Origin: a virus
Lineage: Duplodnaviria; Caudoviricetes
Reading direction: 5' to 3' (one strand)
IMG/VR virus record: IMGVR_UViG_3300025701_000014
Location: 1 to 55,423 of that record
Length of the DNA: 55,423 nucleotides
Both the position numbers and the translations under genes were made by a program. The first letter of the stretch is position 1. Every line of letters starts with the position of its first letter. Below, in pieces: positions 16,738-27,000 of the stretch. The notes under the pieces are model-generated. The model did not search any database. It saw only the letters and a program-made list of their open reading frames with translations, and had not been told where the DNA came from.

Positions 16738-18624
16738 ATGGATCAGTATCAACAGTTTATACACAAGAGCCGCTATGCACGTTGGATGCCAGAGTTAGGC
16801 CGTAGAGAAACATGGGCAGAAACAGTTAACCGTTACGTTGGTTTCTGGGAAGGACGGGGGCAAATAGATAAGGAGACAGCGGCTCAAATGTTTGATGCTA
16901 TCCATGACCTAAAGGTTATGCCATCTATGCGGTGCATGATGACAGCAGGTACTGCCTTAGCTAAGGATAACGTAGCTGGATTTAATTGTAGTTACTTACA
17001 CATCGACTCACCACGTAGCTTTGACGAGCTTATGTACGTGTTAATGTGCGGTACAGGCGTAGGCTTCAGCGTAGAGCGTAACTACATTAACAAACTACCA
17101 ATCGTATCAGAGGAGTTCCACCCCACAGATACTGTGATTGTTGTAGCTGATAGCAAGATCGGTTGGGCCTCAGCATTCCGTGAGTTAATCGCTATGCTGT
17201 ATGCAGGTAAGGTCCCCAAGTGGGATGTAAGTAAAGTACGTAAAGCTGGTGAGCGCCTTAAGACATTCGGAGGTCGTGCATCTGGTCCTGAGCCACTAGT
17301 AGATCTCTTCAATTTCTGTGTGCAACTCTTTCAGAAAGCTAGGGGTCGTAAGTTATCTAGCATCGAGTGCCATGATATTTGTTGTAAGATCGCTGACATC
17401 GTTGTTGTAGGTGGTGTCAGACGCTCAGCATTGATCAGTCTCTCTAACCTATCAGACCAACGCATGGCGAAGGCTAAGTCAGGACAGTGGTGGCTGGACG
17501 AAGGTCAACGTAGGCTCGCTAACAACTCTGTGGCGTACACTGAGAAGCCAGACTTCGAGGCGTTCCTCAGTGAGATGCAGAGCATGTACGAATCTAAAGC
17601 TGGTGAGCGTGGTATCTTCAGTCGTATTGCAGCCCAGAAGATTGCTGCCCGTAACGGACGAAGAGATGCCACTTACGAGTTTGGAACTAATCCATGTTCC
17701 GAGATCATCCTTCGAAGCAACCAGTTCTGTAACCTCTCAGAGGTAGTAGTGCGTGCAGAAGATACCCTTGAAGATCTTAAAGAAAAGATCGAGATGGCAG
17801 CTATCATCGGTACCTTGCAAGCAACCCTCACTGACTTCCGTTACCTACGTAAGTCTTGGAAAACTAATACAGAAGAAGAAGCATTACTTGGTGTCAGCCT
17901 TACAGGTATCATGGATCACTCAGTTCTGAATGCAAGGGGTGGTGTGAATGGTGAACTACAAGAGTGGCTTGAGGCAATGCGGGACACTGCTATCAAAGCT
18001 AATGAGAAGTGGGCTAAGAAACTTGGCATTGCTCAGGCTGCTGCTATTACAGCTGTTAAGCCAAGTGGTACTGTATCTCAGCTTGTCGATTCTGCTAGCG
18101 GCATTCACCCTCGCTTTTCTAAGCATTACATTCGTCGTGTACGTTCAGACAAGAAAGACCCACTGGCAGTCTTCATGCAAGAGAACGGATTTCCAGTAGA
18201 GCAGGACACCTTTAGTGAATCCTCACTGGTGTTTAGCTTCCCTGTCAAGGCACCAGAAGCTAGTGTGACTGTCAAAGAGGTAGGTGCAATGGCTCAGCTT
18301 GAGCAATGGAAAGCCTATCAGAACTTCTATTGTGAACACAAGCCAAGCATCACTGTCTACTATACAGATGATGAGTTCTTACAGGTATGTCAATGGATCT
18401 GGGACAACTTCGATATGTGCTCAGGGATCTCCCTGCTGCCCGTAAGTGACCACGTATACCAACAGGCACCCTATGAGGACATCACCCCTGAGAAGTACGC
18501 TGAGTTGCTTGAGGCTATGCCTAAGAACATTGACTGGGCTGACCTAGGTAACTTCGAAGTAGAGGATAACACCACGGGTTCTCAGGAACTAGCCTGTGTG
18601 GGTGGAGCATGTGAGATTGTCTAA
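16738..18624 (+). CDS. nrdJ: Class II (B12-dependent) ribonucleotide reductase, monomeric RTPR type
   Basis: FNCS, GTGVGFS, TNPCSEI, VKPSGT and C-terminal CVGGAC; no NrdB partner gene. Confidence 0.9.
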   Translation: MDQYQQFIHKSRYARWMPELGRRETWAETVNRYVGFWEGRGQIDKETAAQMFDAIHDLKVMPSMRCMMTAGTALAKDNVAGFNCSYLHIDSPRSFDELMYVLMCGTGVGFSVERNYINKLPIVSEEFHPTDTVIVVADSKIGWASAFRELIAMLYAGKVPKWDVSKVRKAGERLKTFGGRASGPEPLVDLFNFCVQLFQKARGRKLSSIECHDICCKIADIVVVGGVRRSALISLSNLSDQRMAKAKSGQWWLDEGQRRLANNSVAYTEKPDFEAFLSEMQSMYESKAGERGIFSRIAAQKIAARNGRRDATYEFGTNPCSEIILRSNQFCNLSEVVVRAEDTLEDLKEKIEMAAIIGTLQATLTDFRYLRKSWKTNTEEEALLGVSLTGIMDHSVLNARGGVNGELQEWLEAMRDTAIKANEKWAKKLGIAQAAAITAVKPSGTVSQLVDSASGIHPRFSKHYIRRVRSDKKDPLAVFMQENGFPVEQDTFSESSLVFSFPVKAPEASVTVKEVGAMAQLEQWKAYQNFYCEHKPSITVYYTDDEFLQVCQWIWDNFDMCSGISLLPVSDHVYQQAPYEDITPEKYAELLEAMPKNIDWADLGNFEVEDNTTGSQELACVGGACEIV

Positions 18625-18748
18625 ACAACATGCAGCCGATGATGTGGTGTTGGGTGTGTTATCTTTGAGACAAGCCTGCGCTAAATACAACTTAACCAAA
18701 GAAGAAATCTTGGAGGTCATCTCTAAGATTCTAGATGTTGAAGAATAA
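18611..18748 (+). CDS. Small putative HTH protein (45 aa)
   Basis: GGAG RBS; LSLRQACAKYNLTKEEI resembles a helix-turn-helix. Confidence 0.5.
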   Translation: MRLSKQHAADDVVLGVLSLRQACAKYNLTKEEILEVISKILDVEE

Positions 18749-18758
18749 ATAAACCAAA

Positions 18759-18788
18759 GTAACCCCATAGGAATCCCTGTGGGGTTAC
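18759..18788 (+). other. 13-bp intergenic stem-loop without a U-tract
   Basis: GTAACCCCATAGG-AATC-CCTGTGGGGTTAC with one G-U pair on the + transcript. Confidence 0.65.
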
Positions 18789-18801
18789 AACATTTAAGGA
18801 A

Positions 18802-19125
18802 ATGATTATGACAACAGTAGTTAGCTACACACTTGATGAACTGGAGAACAAAGTAATATTCTGGGCACACGAGAAAGGTATCCTCCCCAATGGTCAAGCG
18901 AGTAAGCAGTTCAGTAAGACACTAGAAGAAGTCTCCGAGTTATGTACTGCTATCGAGAACACCGACCACGATGAAGTGGTAGATGCTATTGGTGATATTG
19001 TAGTGACATTAATTATGCAAGCAAACATCTGGGGTGTTGATCTCAAAACCTGCTTAGGCTCTGCGTATGATGTGATCTCTAAGCGTACTGGTAAAATGGT
19101 AAACGGTGTATTTGTTAAAGACTAA
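18802..19125 (+). CDS. MazG-like NTP pyrophosphohydrolase
   Basis: KTLEEVSEL...DAIGDIVVTL and RTGKMVNGVFVK motifs. Confidence 0.88.
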   Translation: MIMTTVVSYTLDELENKVIFWAHEKGILPNGQASKQFSKTLEEVSELCTAIENTDHDEVVDAIGDIVVTLIMQANIWGVDLKTCLGSAYDVISKRTGKMVNGVFVKD

Positions 19126-19129
19126 GTAC

Positions 19130-19145
19130 GCCACGCAAGCGTGTC
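19130..19145 (+). promoter_or_regulatory. Hairpin motif A copy 4, upstream of the primase-helicase and RNAP genes
   Basis: Exact 16-mer repeat in a 39-nt intergenic gap. Confidence 0.7.
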
Positions 19146-19164
19146 GTTTTTTAAGGAAAGGATA

Positions 19165-19299
19165 ATGAAAAAGACTACAGAGACTGAAACAGTAGAGTAT
19201 GTAAAGTCAGATAAGAAAGCTGTGCGGAAAGAGAAGAGTGATAAGAAACGAAAGAAAAGAATATCTAGGGAAGAGCTATACGAAAAGCGTTGGAACTAA
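19165..19299 (+). CDS. Small basic protein (44 aa)
   Basis: AAGGA RBS; Lys/Arg-rich hand translation. Confidence 0.65.
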   Translation: MKKTTETETVEYVKSDKKAVRKEKSDKKRKKRISREELYEKRWN

Positions 19300-19311
19300 T
19301 CAGAGGCAACA

Positions 19312-20952
19312 ATGAAAAGAGACTTTACAGAATCTCCGTTAATCAAGAAGCACATCCCATGCGATAAGTGTGGATCATCAGATGCTAAATCTATCAGGGC
19401 TGATGGCTCTGGGTACTGCTTTAGTTGCGGTACAAACTTCAGAACAGTAGAACAAACTCACATCGAGGACATCCAAGAGATGACTAGTCAAGCCCCAGTA
19501 AATATGTTTGAAATTGAATCATTCCCAACTTACCCCCTGACATCACGGGGGATCTCAAAGGAAGTCGTAGAACATTTCGGTGTCAAGATGTCTGTGGATA
19601 TTGATGGACGCCCTGACTCACACTACTACCCATATACAAAAGCTAACAAGACTGTAGCCTACAAGATACGTAAGCTGCCTAAGTCCTTCAGCACCTTGGG
19701 TGACTTCAAGGATCTGGAACTCTTCGGCCAGTCCAGCGCAGTGCAAGGTAAGACCCTTGTGATTACCGAGGGAGAGCTGGATGCAATGGCAGTAGCTCAA
19801 GCACACTTCGACAAGTACAAGCGGTTCTTCGCTGTCGTCTCCCTACCGAACGGTGCCAAGTCTGTCCAGTCAATCCTCGCAAATCGATCTTGGATTCGAC
19901 AGTTCAGTGACATTATCTTGATGTTTGATATGGATGATCCCGGTAAGGAAGCTGTGGCTGTAGCTGCAAAAATGATTGGTGTTGGTAGAGTACGTGTCGC
20001 TAAGCTCCAAGAGAAAGATCCCTGTGATCAACTCAGAGAGCACGGATCTTTCAGCTTACTCCAAGCTATTTGGGATGCACAGACGTGGTCCCCTGCTGGT
20101 ATCTTATCTGGTGAGCAGATCTGGGATAAGTTCTTAGAGCGTAAGAACGTAACCAGTATACCCTACCCAGACTGCCTTGGCGGTCTCAATGAGAAGCTTG
20201 GTGGTATCCGTCAAGGGGAGATCACACTGTTCACAAGCGGCACCGGTAGCGGTAAGAGTACAGTAATCAAAGAGATTGTATTGGATCTCCTAGAGAACAC
20301 TGATGAGAAGATCGGCCTTATCTCCTTAGAGGAATCTATCGGGGACACCGCCGAGAAGTTCATCAGCATGTCCATGAGACGGCCACTTACAGGGCACCCT
20401 CCACTGACTGAGGAAGAACTTCGTGTTGGTTTCGACAATGTGTTTAAGGATCAGCGTCTTGTACTCTTAGATCACCAAGGCTCTGTGTCAGATGAATCCC
20501 TTGTGGATAAGATCGAGTACATGGCACTGATGGGTTGTAAGTATCTTGTACTAGACCACATCACGATTGCTGTATCTGAAGGTTCCAATGGACTCTCTGG
20601 TAACGAAGCCGTGGATAAGTTAATGTCTGATCTACTCAAGCTTGTTAAACAACACAACGTTTGGTTGGGCCTGATCAGTCACCTTCGTAAGTCTCAAGGG
20701 GTATCCTTTGAGGAAGGTGTACTGCCATCAATCGATGACATCAAAGGTTCTGGTAGTATCAAGCAGATTAGCTTTGACATTATTGCGTTTGCGAGGAACC
20801 TTGTAGCCGAGGAAGACTACGTCAGGAACAGGATTAAACTTCGTGTTCTCAAGTCAAGATTCACAGGTAAGACTGGTAATGCTGGTTGTGCAGTATATGA
20901 CACGAACACAACAAGACTCTCCGCAGAAGCAGAGGGGTTTGAAATTATATAA
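19312..20952 (+). CDS. Primase-helicase (T7 gp4-like)
   Basis: CDKC/CFSC zinc finger, TEGELD and FDMD TOPRIM motifs, GTGSGKS Walker A, LDHIT and LKSRFTG. Confidence 0.95.
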   Translation: MKRDFTESPLIKKHIPCDKCGSSDAKSIRADGSGYCFSCGTNFRTVEQTHIEDIQEMTSQAPVNMFEIESFPTYPLTSRGISKEVVEHFGVKMSVDIDGRPDSHYYPYTKANKTVAYKIRKLPKSFSTLGDFKDLELFGQSSAVQGKTLVITEGELDAMAVAQAHFDKYKRFFAVVSLPNGAKSVQSILANRSWIRQFSDIILMFDMDDPGKEAVAVAAKMIGVGRVRVAKLQEKDPCDQLREHGSFSLLQAIWDAQTWSPAGILSGEQIWDKFLERKNVTSIPYPDCLGGLNEKLGGIRQGEITLFTSGTGSGKSTVIKEIVLDLLENTDEKIGLISLEESIGDTAEKFISMSMRRPLTGHPPLTEEELRVGFDNVFKDQRLVLLDHQGSVSDESLVDKIEYMALMGCKYLVLDHITIAVSEGSNGLSGNEAVDKLMSDLLKLVKQHNVWLGLISHLRKSQGVSFEEGVLPSIDDIKGSGSIKQISFDIIAFARNLVAEEDYVRNRIKLRVLKSRFTGKTGNAGCAVYDTNTTRLSAEAEGFEII

Positions 20953-20967
20953 CAGATAGGTAATCTA

Positions 20968-23052
20968 ATGAACTGGTTAGAAAACGTAGAGCTATACCTA
21001 AGATTAAAACTAACAGGGAATCCCACTCGGGATTCCTTCGGGGTAACCCTCCTCAAGAAGTATCCCGAATCTATGGATAGGCTCCAAGAGTATGGGCAAA
21101 TAGCACACCTTGTTATCAGTCGGCAAGCTAAGAATGTAAGCGGTAATATACATTGTAAACTAACAGTAACAAGTATCGCTATTGGCAAGAGCATCCTCTC
21201 CACTCTAACCAAATCTAAAAGAAATGATTGGAAAGATGAGGTGCGCCTTGGTGACCTCTTCATCGAAGCATTCTACCGGCTAGGTTTTATTGATATTGTT
21301 AAACCTGAGTTCAGATCAACACGGCCCGTGGAGATTATACTCTTGGGTACATTCCCATCAGAACTCCCAGAGCCTGTCGTCAAGATGGCACTGCATGGTG
21401 TGTGGAATCAAAAGCCTAAAGATATTAATAGGGCTGAACAAATAATCCAGTTCAACATTGATAGTCTCAAGTACACTGTACCTATCGTGAAGCGCTGGGA
21501 TGAAGTCCTCGATGGACCCTTCAAGGATCTGTTAAAGACTAAAGCAATCAAGGCCGTTAACAAACTACAACAAGTGGGTTGGACTATCAACAAGGATGTA
21601 CTAGCAGCTGTCGAGAGCAACCCGTATATGTTCTACAAAGAGCACGACAAGTCTAGTGAGAACCTGTCAAAGAAGATTGACTACGCTTACACTGTAACAA
21701 AGGCCAAGGTCTTATCCAAAGAGGACAGCTTCTACTACGCACTGGATGTAGATTACCGTGGTCGTGTTTACTATGTTGAGAGCTACATGAACTTCCAAGG
21801 ATCGGACCTAGCAAGGGGGCTTCTGTGCTTCTCTGAGGAGGCTTTAGTTACCCCCAGTGGGTTACGCTGGCTTAAGATACATTGTGCCTCCTCGTACAAC
21901 GAGAGCTATTCTAAGGACAATATACCAGCGTGGTGTACATCGGATTACAGATCACACCTAGATGCTGAAGGATTGGATGATATCTCTGTGGACAAGATGA
22001 CCTTGAGGGACAGGGAGCTGTGGGTAGACAACAACATACTTGAAGTTTACAAAACAGCATTAACAAAAACACTACACAGCTGTGAGAAACCAGTGGCATA
22101 TCTGGCAGCTTGTATAGAACTACTTAAATATAAGGAAGCCAATGGTAATTATTACTCTCGTATGCCTGTACCAATTGATGGTAGCAACAATGGATGGCAA
22201 CACCTAGGGGCGATCTCTAAGGATGTACAAACAGCTGAGCTTGTTGGTCTTGTTCCAGTCGATATTCAGAATGACTTCTATGTGCAGACAGCAAAGAAGC
22301 TAATCGAGATTACAAAGGATGTAACTCGAAGTTCAATACTGCAAGAGATGCCCATGAAGAAAATCCGAAAGGGTATCAGTAAGCGTGGGAGCATGACAAG
22401 AGCTTACTCCGCAGGCGCTCAGAAGATCGCAGAGAATATGTATCAGGACTGTAAGGGGTATGGTTACTGTGCCGAGTATGGTATCACTGAAGAGATCTGC
22501 AAAGGTCTTGCAAGAGATCTAGTCAAGGCTATTCAGTTAGTCTGTCCCGGTCCTCTTCAAACCATGAAGTACCTACAACAACTAGCTAATGATAGGTTAG
22601 ACCAAGGCTATGGTTACATGACATGGACTTCACCCTCAGGGTTCCCTGTGATCTATACCTGCAACCATCAACGCTCAGAGAAACAACGAGGGACTATTAG
22701 TGGCATCGGCCAGATCAACCACGTAGCTAAGGTAGATACCAACGTGTCTGACCGTAGGGGTTTTATGTGTGGGATCTCACCTAACTTTATCCACTCACAA
22801 GATGCAGCGCACATGAGTTTAGTCATCGATGAATTTGATGGTGTCTTTGGGGCTGTCCACGATAGCTTCAGTACCCATGCATCGAAAGTCGATGAGCTAC
22901 TTAAGATAACCAAACGAGTCTTTGTTGAGATATACAATGAAGATAACTACTTTGATAACATCCAGAATAGGATTGAAGCAACAGCTGATCAACCAATAAC
23001 TGGTAGTTTAAACATACAAGATGTGGAGAAGTCAGATTACTTCTTCGCCTAA
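20968..23052 (+). CDS. Single-subunit T7-type RNA polymerase, compact (694 aa)
   Basis: DYRGRVY, QGSDLARGLL, PIDGSNNGWQH, KRGSMTRAY, PNFIHSQDA, VHDSF and C-terminal YFFA. Confidence 0.95.
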   Translation: MNWLENVELYLRLKLTGNPTRDSFGVTLLKKYPESMDRLQEYGQIAHLVISRQAKNVSGNIHCKLTVTSIAIGKSILSTLTKSKRNDWKDEVRLGDLFIEAFYRLGFIDIVKPEFRSTRPVEIILLGTFPSELPEPVVKMALHGVWNQKPKDINRAEQIIQFNIDSLKYTVPIVKRWDEVLDGPFKDLLKTKAIKAVNKLQQVGWTINKDVLAAVESNPYMFYKEHDKSSENLSKKIDYAYTVTKAKVLSKEDSFYYALDVDYRGRVYYVESYMNFQGSDLARGLLCFSEEALVTPSGLRWLKIHCASSYNESYSKDNIPAWCTSDYRSHLDAEGLDDISVDKMTLRDRELWVDNNILEVYKTALTKTLHSCEKPVAYLAACIELLKYKEANGNYYSRMPVPIDGSNNGWQHLGAISKDVQTAELVGLVPVDIQNDFYVQTAKKLIEITKDVTRSSILQEMPMKKIRKGISKRGSMTRAYSAGAQKIAENMYQDCKGYGYCAEYGITEEICKGLARDLVKAIQLVCPGPLQTMKYLQQLANDRLDQGYGYMTWTSPSGFPVIYTCNHQRSEKQRGTISGIGQINHVAKVDTNVSDRRGFMCGISPNFIHSQDAAHMSLVIDEFDGVFGAVHDSFSTHASKVDELLKITKRVFVEIYNEDNYFDNIQNRIEATADQPITGSLNIQDVEKSDYFFA

Positions 23053-23062
23053 GGAGATTATT

Positions 23063-23329
23063 ATGTCACAGAATAAAAACTATAACATGTTAGCATTGCG
23101 TGGTCTCGATATAGATGACATGGATTACGTTGAAGAGCTTGGGATTGACCCCAAGGTAGCCTACACACCAGCAATCAATGATGCCATCCTTGATAAAGTG
23201 TACCAACAAAACTTGGAGTACTACCGCAGGGAGGGTATTGATGAGAAGCAAGCAGTCAAACAAGCTGACCAGTACCGAGCAACCGCTAAAGAAACTGTCA
23301 ACAAACTCATGGCCAAAGTCTTAAACTAA
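23063..23329 (+). CDS. Hypothetical protein (88 aa)
   Basis: AAGGAG RBS before ATG 23063. Confidence 0.75.
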   Translation: MSQNKNYNMLALRGLDIDDMDYVEELGIDPKVAYTPAINDAILDKVYQQNLEYYRREGIDEKQAVKQADQYRATAKETVNKLMAKVLN

Positions 23330-23339
23330 GGGTAACTTA

Positions 23340-24008
23340 ATGTCTAACGTAAACTTGATCTCTATGTCTAAGCCCTCAGCAATTACAGGGTGCCATACAG
23401 CTAATGATTTAATTGCATACACAGCCCGGATAAGTAATCCAACTAATCAGAATAACTCAGAGACAGCACCTAAGCTGATCCAGTATCTGATCCGAGAAAA
23501 CCATTGGTCTCCTTTTGAAATGGTACACATGACACTGGAGATTAAAACAACAAGGGATATAGCAAGACAGATAATTCGACATCGATCCTTTGCATTCCAA
23601 GAGTTCAGCCAGAGGTACGCTCTGAGTGAGAACTTCAGTGCTCGGGAAGCAAGACTACAGGACACTAAGAACAGGCAGAACTCAGTGGACATTGATAAGA
23701 GTGATCCAGTGCAAGCAAGGCTGGCAGAAGAGTGGAGTATCAAACAACACAAACTGATGAGGGACGTGAAGGAAATTTACAAGTGGGCAGTACAGAATGG
23801 CATCGCAAAGGAACAGGCACGAGCCGTCTTACCGGAGGGGAATACTGAAACTACTTTGTACATGTCGGGAACATTGAGATCATGGATTCACTACTGTGAA
23901 CTTAGGATGGGTAATGGTACTCAGAAAGAGCACAGGGAGGTTGCGGAAGGTTGCTGGGATATTATCACCCACCACTTTCCAGATGTTAAGAAAGCACTAG
24001 TTAAATAA
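23340..24008 (+). CDS. thyX: Flavin-dependent thymidylate synthase
   Basis: RHRSFAFQEFSQRY (RHRx7S) motif, HWSPFE, ARAVLP, TQKEHR. Confidence 0.95.
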   Translation: MSNVNLISMSKPSAITGCHTANDLIAYTARISNPTNQNNSETAPKLIQYLIRENHWSPFEMVHMTLEIKTTRDIARQIIRHRSFAFQEFSQRYALSENFSAREARLQDTKNRQNSVDIDKSDPVQARLAEEWSIKQHKLMRDVKEIYKWAVQNGIAKEQARAVLPEGNTETTLYMSGTLRSWIHYCELRMGNGTQKEHREVAEGCWDIITHHFPDVKKALVK

Positions 24009-24011
24009 AAT

Positions 24012-24055
24012 AAGGGGAACCTCGGGCATTGCGCCTTGGGTTCCCCTTTTTTTTT
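24012..24055 (+). terminator. Strong terminator where the two transcription directions converge (possibly bidirectional)
   Basis: AGGGGAACC...GGTTCCCCT stem plus a long T run; A-rich on the other side. Confidence 0.85.
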
Positions 24056-27000
24056 AATGCATGTAATACTGAAACACAGACTTACCAGCGGCGTTAATAT
24101 CTGACCGCAATGCTTTCTTATTATGGTTTACTTTATTACGAAGTTGAGTCAGTCTCTGATTGAGAGCCATCTCTTTGTTGAGCAACTTATGGAAGTGCCT
24201 CACCTGCTTAACAGTAGCCTGTGTCGGGTTAGTGCTAAACTTATAACCAACATCACGCATACCCTTTTGGATGTTAGCCAGTGATTGATCCACGTTCAAC
24301 ACATCAACATTCTCAAGGTGTCTCTTCAAAGCTACAGGGGTTGCATCACCATACGCATCCACCTCAAGGCCAGTCAAAGATCCCATCATCTGGTGGACCT
24401 CGTTCAGACCAACATTAACTACAGAGTCTGGTGAGAGTCCCTTCAGTGTTTCTTCAAATGCTAACTCGGCTCTCTTGTTAGTATCTATAATCTCCTGCAT
24501 GAAGTCCCAGTCCATGGTGGCGTTCACCCAGTTCTCATTAACATCGTTCAACACAATATCATAACCATTAGCATCCATCTTAAAGGCATCGTAGATCTGG
24601 TAAAGATACGGATCACCACGGGAAGCATCATTAAGCCTACGCCAAGTGTTACCAGTAAATGTCAAAGCAGCAGTTGCTGCATCGATAGACTGTACCGAAG
24701 CTACAACAGAACGGTTCATTGTCTTAACACCAACCATGGGCTTGCCATTAACCAACTCAGCAGCTGCCGCAGATCGTCTAAGGGAACCATACCTTTCGAT
24801 AGAACGCTGAGACCTCTCTCCCTTAGTGAACTCTGTCCACTTAACCTCACCGACCTTACCACTTACAGAACCCCCAAGAGAGATCTCCATGCCAGTAGCA
24901 GTTGTCATTGTGAATGGTATATCTGCAAGAGCTGCATTAGCTGCCACACCTTTCAAGATTGATCTTGTTTGGATTGCCTCGTTAGACAGGACCTCGTGCA
25001 GACCAGTCGTGTACGTTGGTAATAGCAGCGCTGACAGTGATTTATTATCTGTCACTGACTGCAATGCAGCAAACGCTTCCTGATAACCAACAAGGTTGTT
25101 ACTCTCAAGTTCCTCTTGGGACATAAGGGCAGCTTCTTCGTTGACACGGAACATAGCGTCTGAGATATCACTAACAAAAGATTTAATATCACGGCCATAA
25201 CCAAAGGTCATTGTCGTGTATTTGTTGAGTGCTCTGTTGTTGAAGACCGCTCTAGCTACTGTGTAAACGTGAGGTGCAGCATCCCCCAAGAGGGACTCAC
25301 TGCCGGCAATGCCGTCCACATCTATCACATCAGCTAAGGTCTCGGCGAGCTGATCCCTGATGTCACCCTTATCTAGGAGGACTTTATCCTGACTCCTCAA
25401 CACACCAGTCATAAAGGCCATTGCCTTAGACCCCATGAGCATACCCCATGCAGCCAAACCGTTAGTCTTACCATCGATGTATGCGTTAAAGAAGGAACTA
25501 TGCCCAGCTGGGTTGTTGTCAACGATCACAGCTTTGTGGAACTTAACAAAGTCTAAGAGACCATCTATGTACAGAGGACCATCCTCACCCGCCTTGGCAA
25601 TAGCTGCAATCAACGCACCGTCAATCTCTGGATCTAAAGCTAGTCCAGAAAACTTCGGGAAGTTTGGATCTAACAAGGACACACCGTCCTCGATGGCTTG
25701 GTATATCTCATCCGCTTTCTCAGGAGAGATCGCCTCGTCAAGTAATGCTTGTAGCCGTTTACCCCAAGAGAGAAGCTGGGGTGTTGCCCTGAGGAGCATT
25801 GCAGGTCTCTCTGAGGGTAATGCTTCTGACCCACCATCAACTAAGTGTAGTGCATACATCTGCTCCAAGTTACGATGGACCCGGTTACCACGTTTAGCAA
25901 CAGCCGGTTGAGCACCTCTTGTAACAAAACGAACAAGCTTCGAGGAACTGGGATCAAACAAAGATTGCTGTGGTGCAGTACGTCCGTTAAAGCCCTGCAT
26001 GTAATACGTCAAGTAGTTAATACCCTTGCGTTCTTTTGCGATACCAAACAGGTGCTGAGCTGTTGATGTTTTGATTGATTCAAGAACAACGTTAGCACTG
26101 TACTCCGTCTGCTCTGGGTTCTCAGCGAGGGCTGCTTTCTCTTGAGCAATAAGGGCGGACATCTTTTTAGGACCAATGTTGTGCATGTTAGCAAACAAAT
26201 CAACGACAGGCTGGCCACTACCGGGCTGACTAAGGAGTGCTGGCAGCAAGGTCGCTAGTGCAACCCGGCTTCTAGTACGGTCAACAATGTGGCCTACCGT
26301 GCTTTGGTTACGCATCGCTTGGTCAATCAGCCTAGTGTTTACACGTTTCACTGGAGAACGTACAAGGGTTTTGAACTCACCAACTAGCTTACCATTAACT
26401 GGTTTAGTTTTAAGCGGGGATACTAGATTCTTACCGAAAGCCTTCTTCCGTAAAGCATCTGCTTGCTTAAAAACAATAGCACCTTCTGGGGTTAGCTGGT
26501 ATACCTTTGGCTTCTTAGCATCACCGGCACTAACCACATCCTCGCTTTCACGGATAAGATCTGGGTTAACCTTGACATAGTTTGAGAGCATGGCAGCACC
26601 AAGTGCTGTCGCCTGCTCAGAGGTCAGATCAGCAGAGACCGTGGCATTGTTGTTGCGTTGGTACTCACGGCTTATCGCTTGCCCCACACGCTCAGCTACC
26701 TTAGCAGCAGGTACTTGAGTCACGAGGGCCATCTCTGGTTCTGTGACTGGTTCACCAGCAGCCTTGAGAACTACATCCTGAGTCTCAGGGATTCCCTGTA
26801 GGTAATCAGAAAGCGTGTTCTCAATGGTAGCCGAAGCTACAGTTAAGAAGGTAGGTGATAGTTTCTTATCTACCTTGCTTGGATCTAAAACACTCTGAGT
26901 TGTTTCAATAGCACTCCAAGGACCTACTTCATTAGTCCCTGTCAGAAGGTCAAGGGCAGCCACAAGTGGTCTTGCCTGCACATCAGGTGATCCTGCAAGA

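Noticed and set aside
5028-23052. Introns or inteins in terminase, polymerase, RNR, helicase or RNAP
   Set aside because: All are uninterrupted and of normal or short length, with no intein-like motifs noticed
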